Assembly (NCBI GenBank): GCA_964392455.1
Contig: CAYMPG010000006.1
Coordinates: 3,131 to 67,130 of the forward strand
DNA: 64,000 nt
Reading direction: 5' to 3'
Source of the DNA: an uncultured Clostridium sp.
Lineage (GTDB): Bacteria; Bacillota; Clostridia; Christensenellales; CAG-138
Part shown: piece by piece, positions 63,792 through 64,000 of the stretch
Layout of the letters: the number at the start of each line of letters is the position of its first letter
How positions within the stretch are numbered: position 1 is the stretch's first letter
Notes under the pieces: generated by a model
Databases searched by the model: none
What the model was told of the DNA's origin: nothing
The model's input: the letters and a program-made list of their open reading frames with translations, nothing else
Position numbers and translations under genes: made by a program

Positions 63792-64000
63792 ATGAGTAAA
63801 AAACAGCTTATCGTATCCATTATCATGACGGCGGCTATGGCAGCATTTATGGTGATATCGCCCCGGTATATAGCCGCTTCAAGAACGCTTCTTACAATGC
63901 AGCGGCAGCCTGATGCACGGGAGGGCTACCAGGGTATTATTACAGTGTGGCATATTGTGGGATTTAAGCCCTATCAGGGCAGCCTTGGCACATGGGTGGA
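63792..64000 (+). CDS. Hypothetical signal-anchored protein; 3' end lies outside the window
   Basis: ATG at 63792 lies 11 nt after GGAGG and the frame stays open to the window end. MSKKQLIVSIIMTAAMAAFMVISPRYIAASRTLL... It is absent from the ORF track because no stop is reached. Confidence 0.5.
   Translation, partial: MSKKQLIVSIIMTAAMAAFMVISPRYIAASRTLLTMQRQPDAREGYQGIITVWHIVGFKPYQGSLGTWV

Overview
This window looks like core chromosome of an endospore-forming member of the Bacillota. The gene content, synteny and moderately GC-rich, ATA/AGG-rich codon usage (judged by eye) point to class Clostridia. Coding density is high on both strands. I found no rRNA, tRNA, CRISPR array, transposase, integrase or phage genes.

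Gene content, left to right:
- a LysM/GH18-like gene and a three-hydrolase operon
- a CAP-domain lipoprotein
- an isolated sigG
- rplU-prp-rpmA
- ogg
- an Fe-ADH-like gene divergent from deoC
- spoIIAA-spoIIAB-sigF
- plsY
- the divergent pair mtaD/ahcY
- ylmC-nrdR-pgeF
- spoIIIAA to spoIIIAH
- asp23-amaP-DUF2273-nusB-folD-xseA-xseB-ispA-dxs-tlyA-nadK-argR-recN-spoIVB
- a five-gene accessory insert
- spo0A
- deoB
- an S11 peptidase-like gene, an M50 protease, scpA-scpB, ytfI/ytfJ-like genes, a D,D-carboxypeptidase and rluB
- a four-gene Na+-translocating oxaloacetate-decarboxylase-type operon
- a 1114-aa CotH lipoprotein with four lamin-tail domains
- a membrane-anchored barnase with barstar
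- two tandem paralogous OmpR/HK two-component systems followed by a PflX-type radical SAM gene

No obviously new multi-gene system (defence, toxin or similar) is visible. The most interesting signals are anomalies inside otherwise canonical sporulation and maintenance genes:
1. Spo0A has a receiver domain that lacks the first residue of the acidic pair and the conserved Lys.
2. recN carries an in-frame TAG just upstream of its Walker A motif.
3. spoIIIAF is reduced to 57 codons.
4. Three enzyme-fold proteins (S11 PBP5-like, Fe-ADH-like, GH18-like) have apparently substituted catalytic residues.
5. An accessory insert splits the normally adjacent spoIVB-spo0A pair.
6. An unclassified structured leader with an intrinsic terminator lies at the right edge of the window.

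All homology calls and alignments were made by eye against remembered family signatures. No database search was run.
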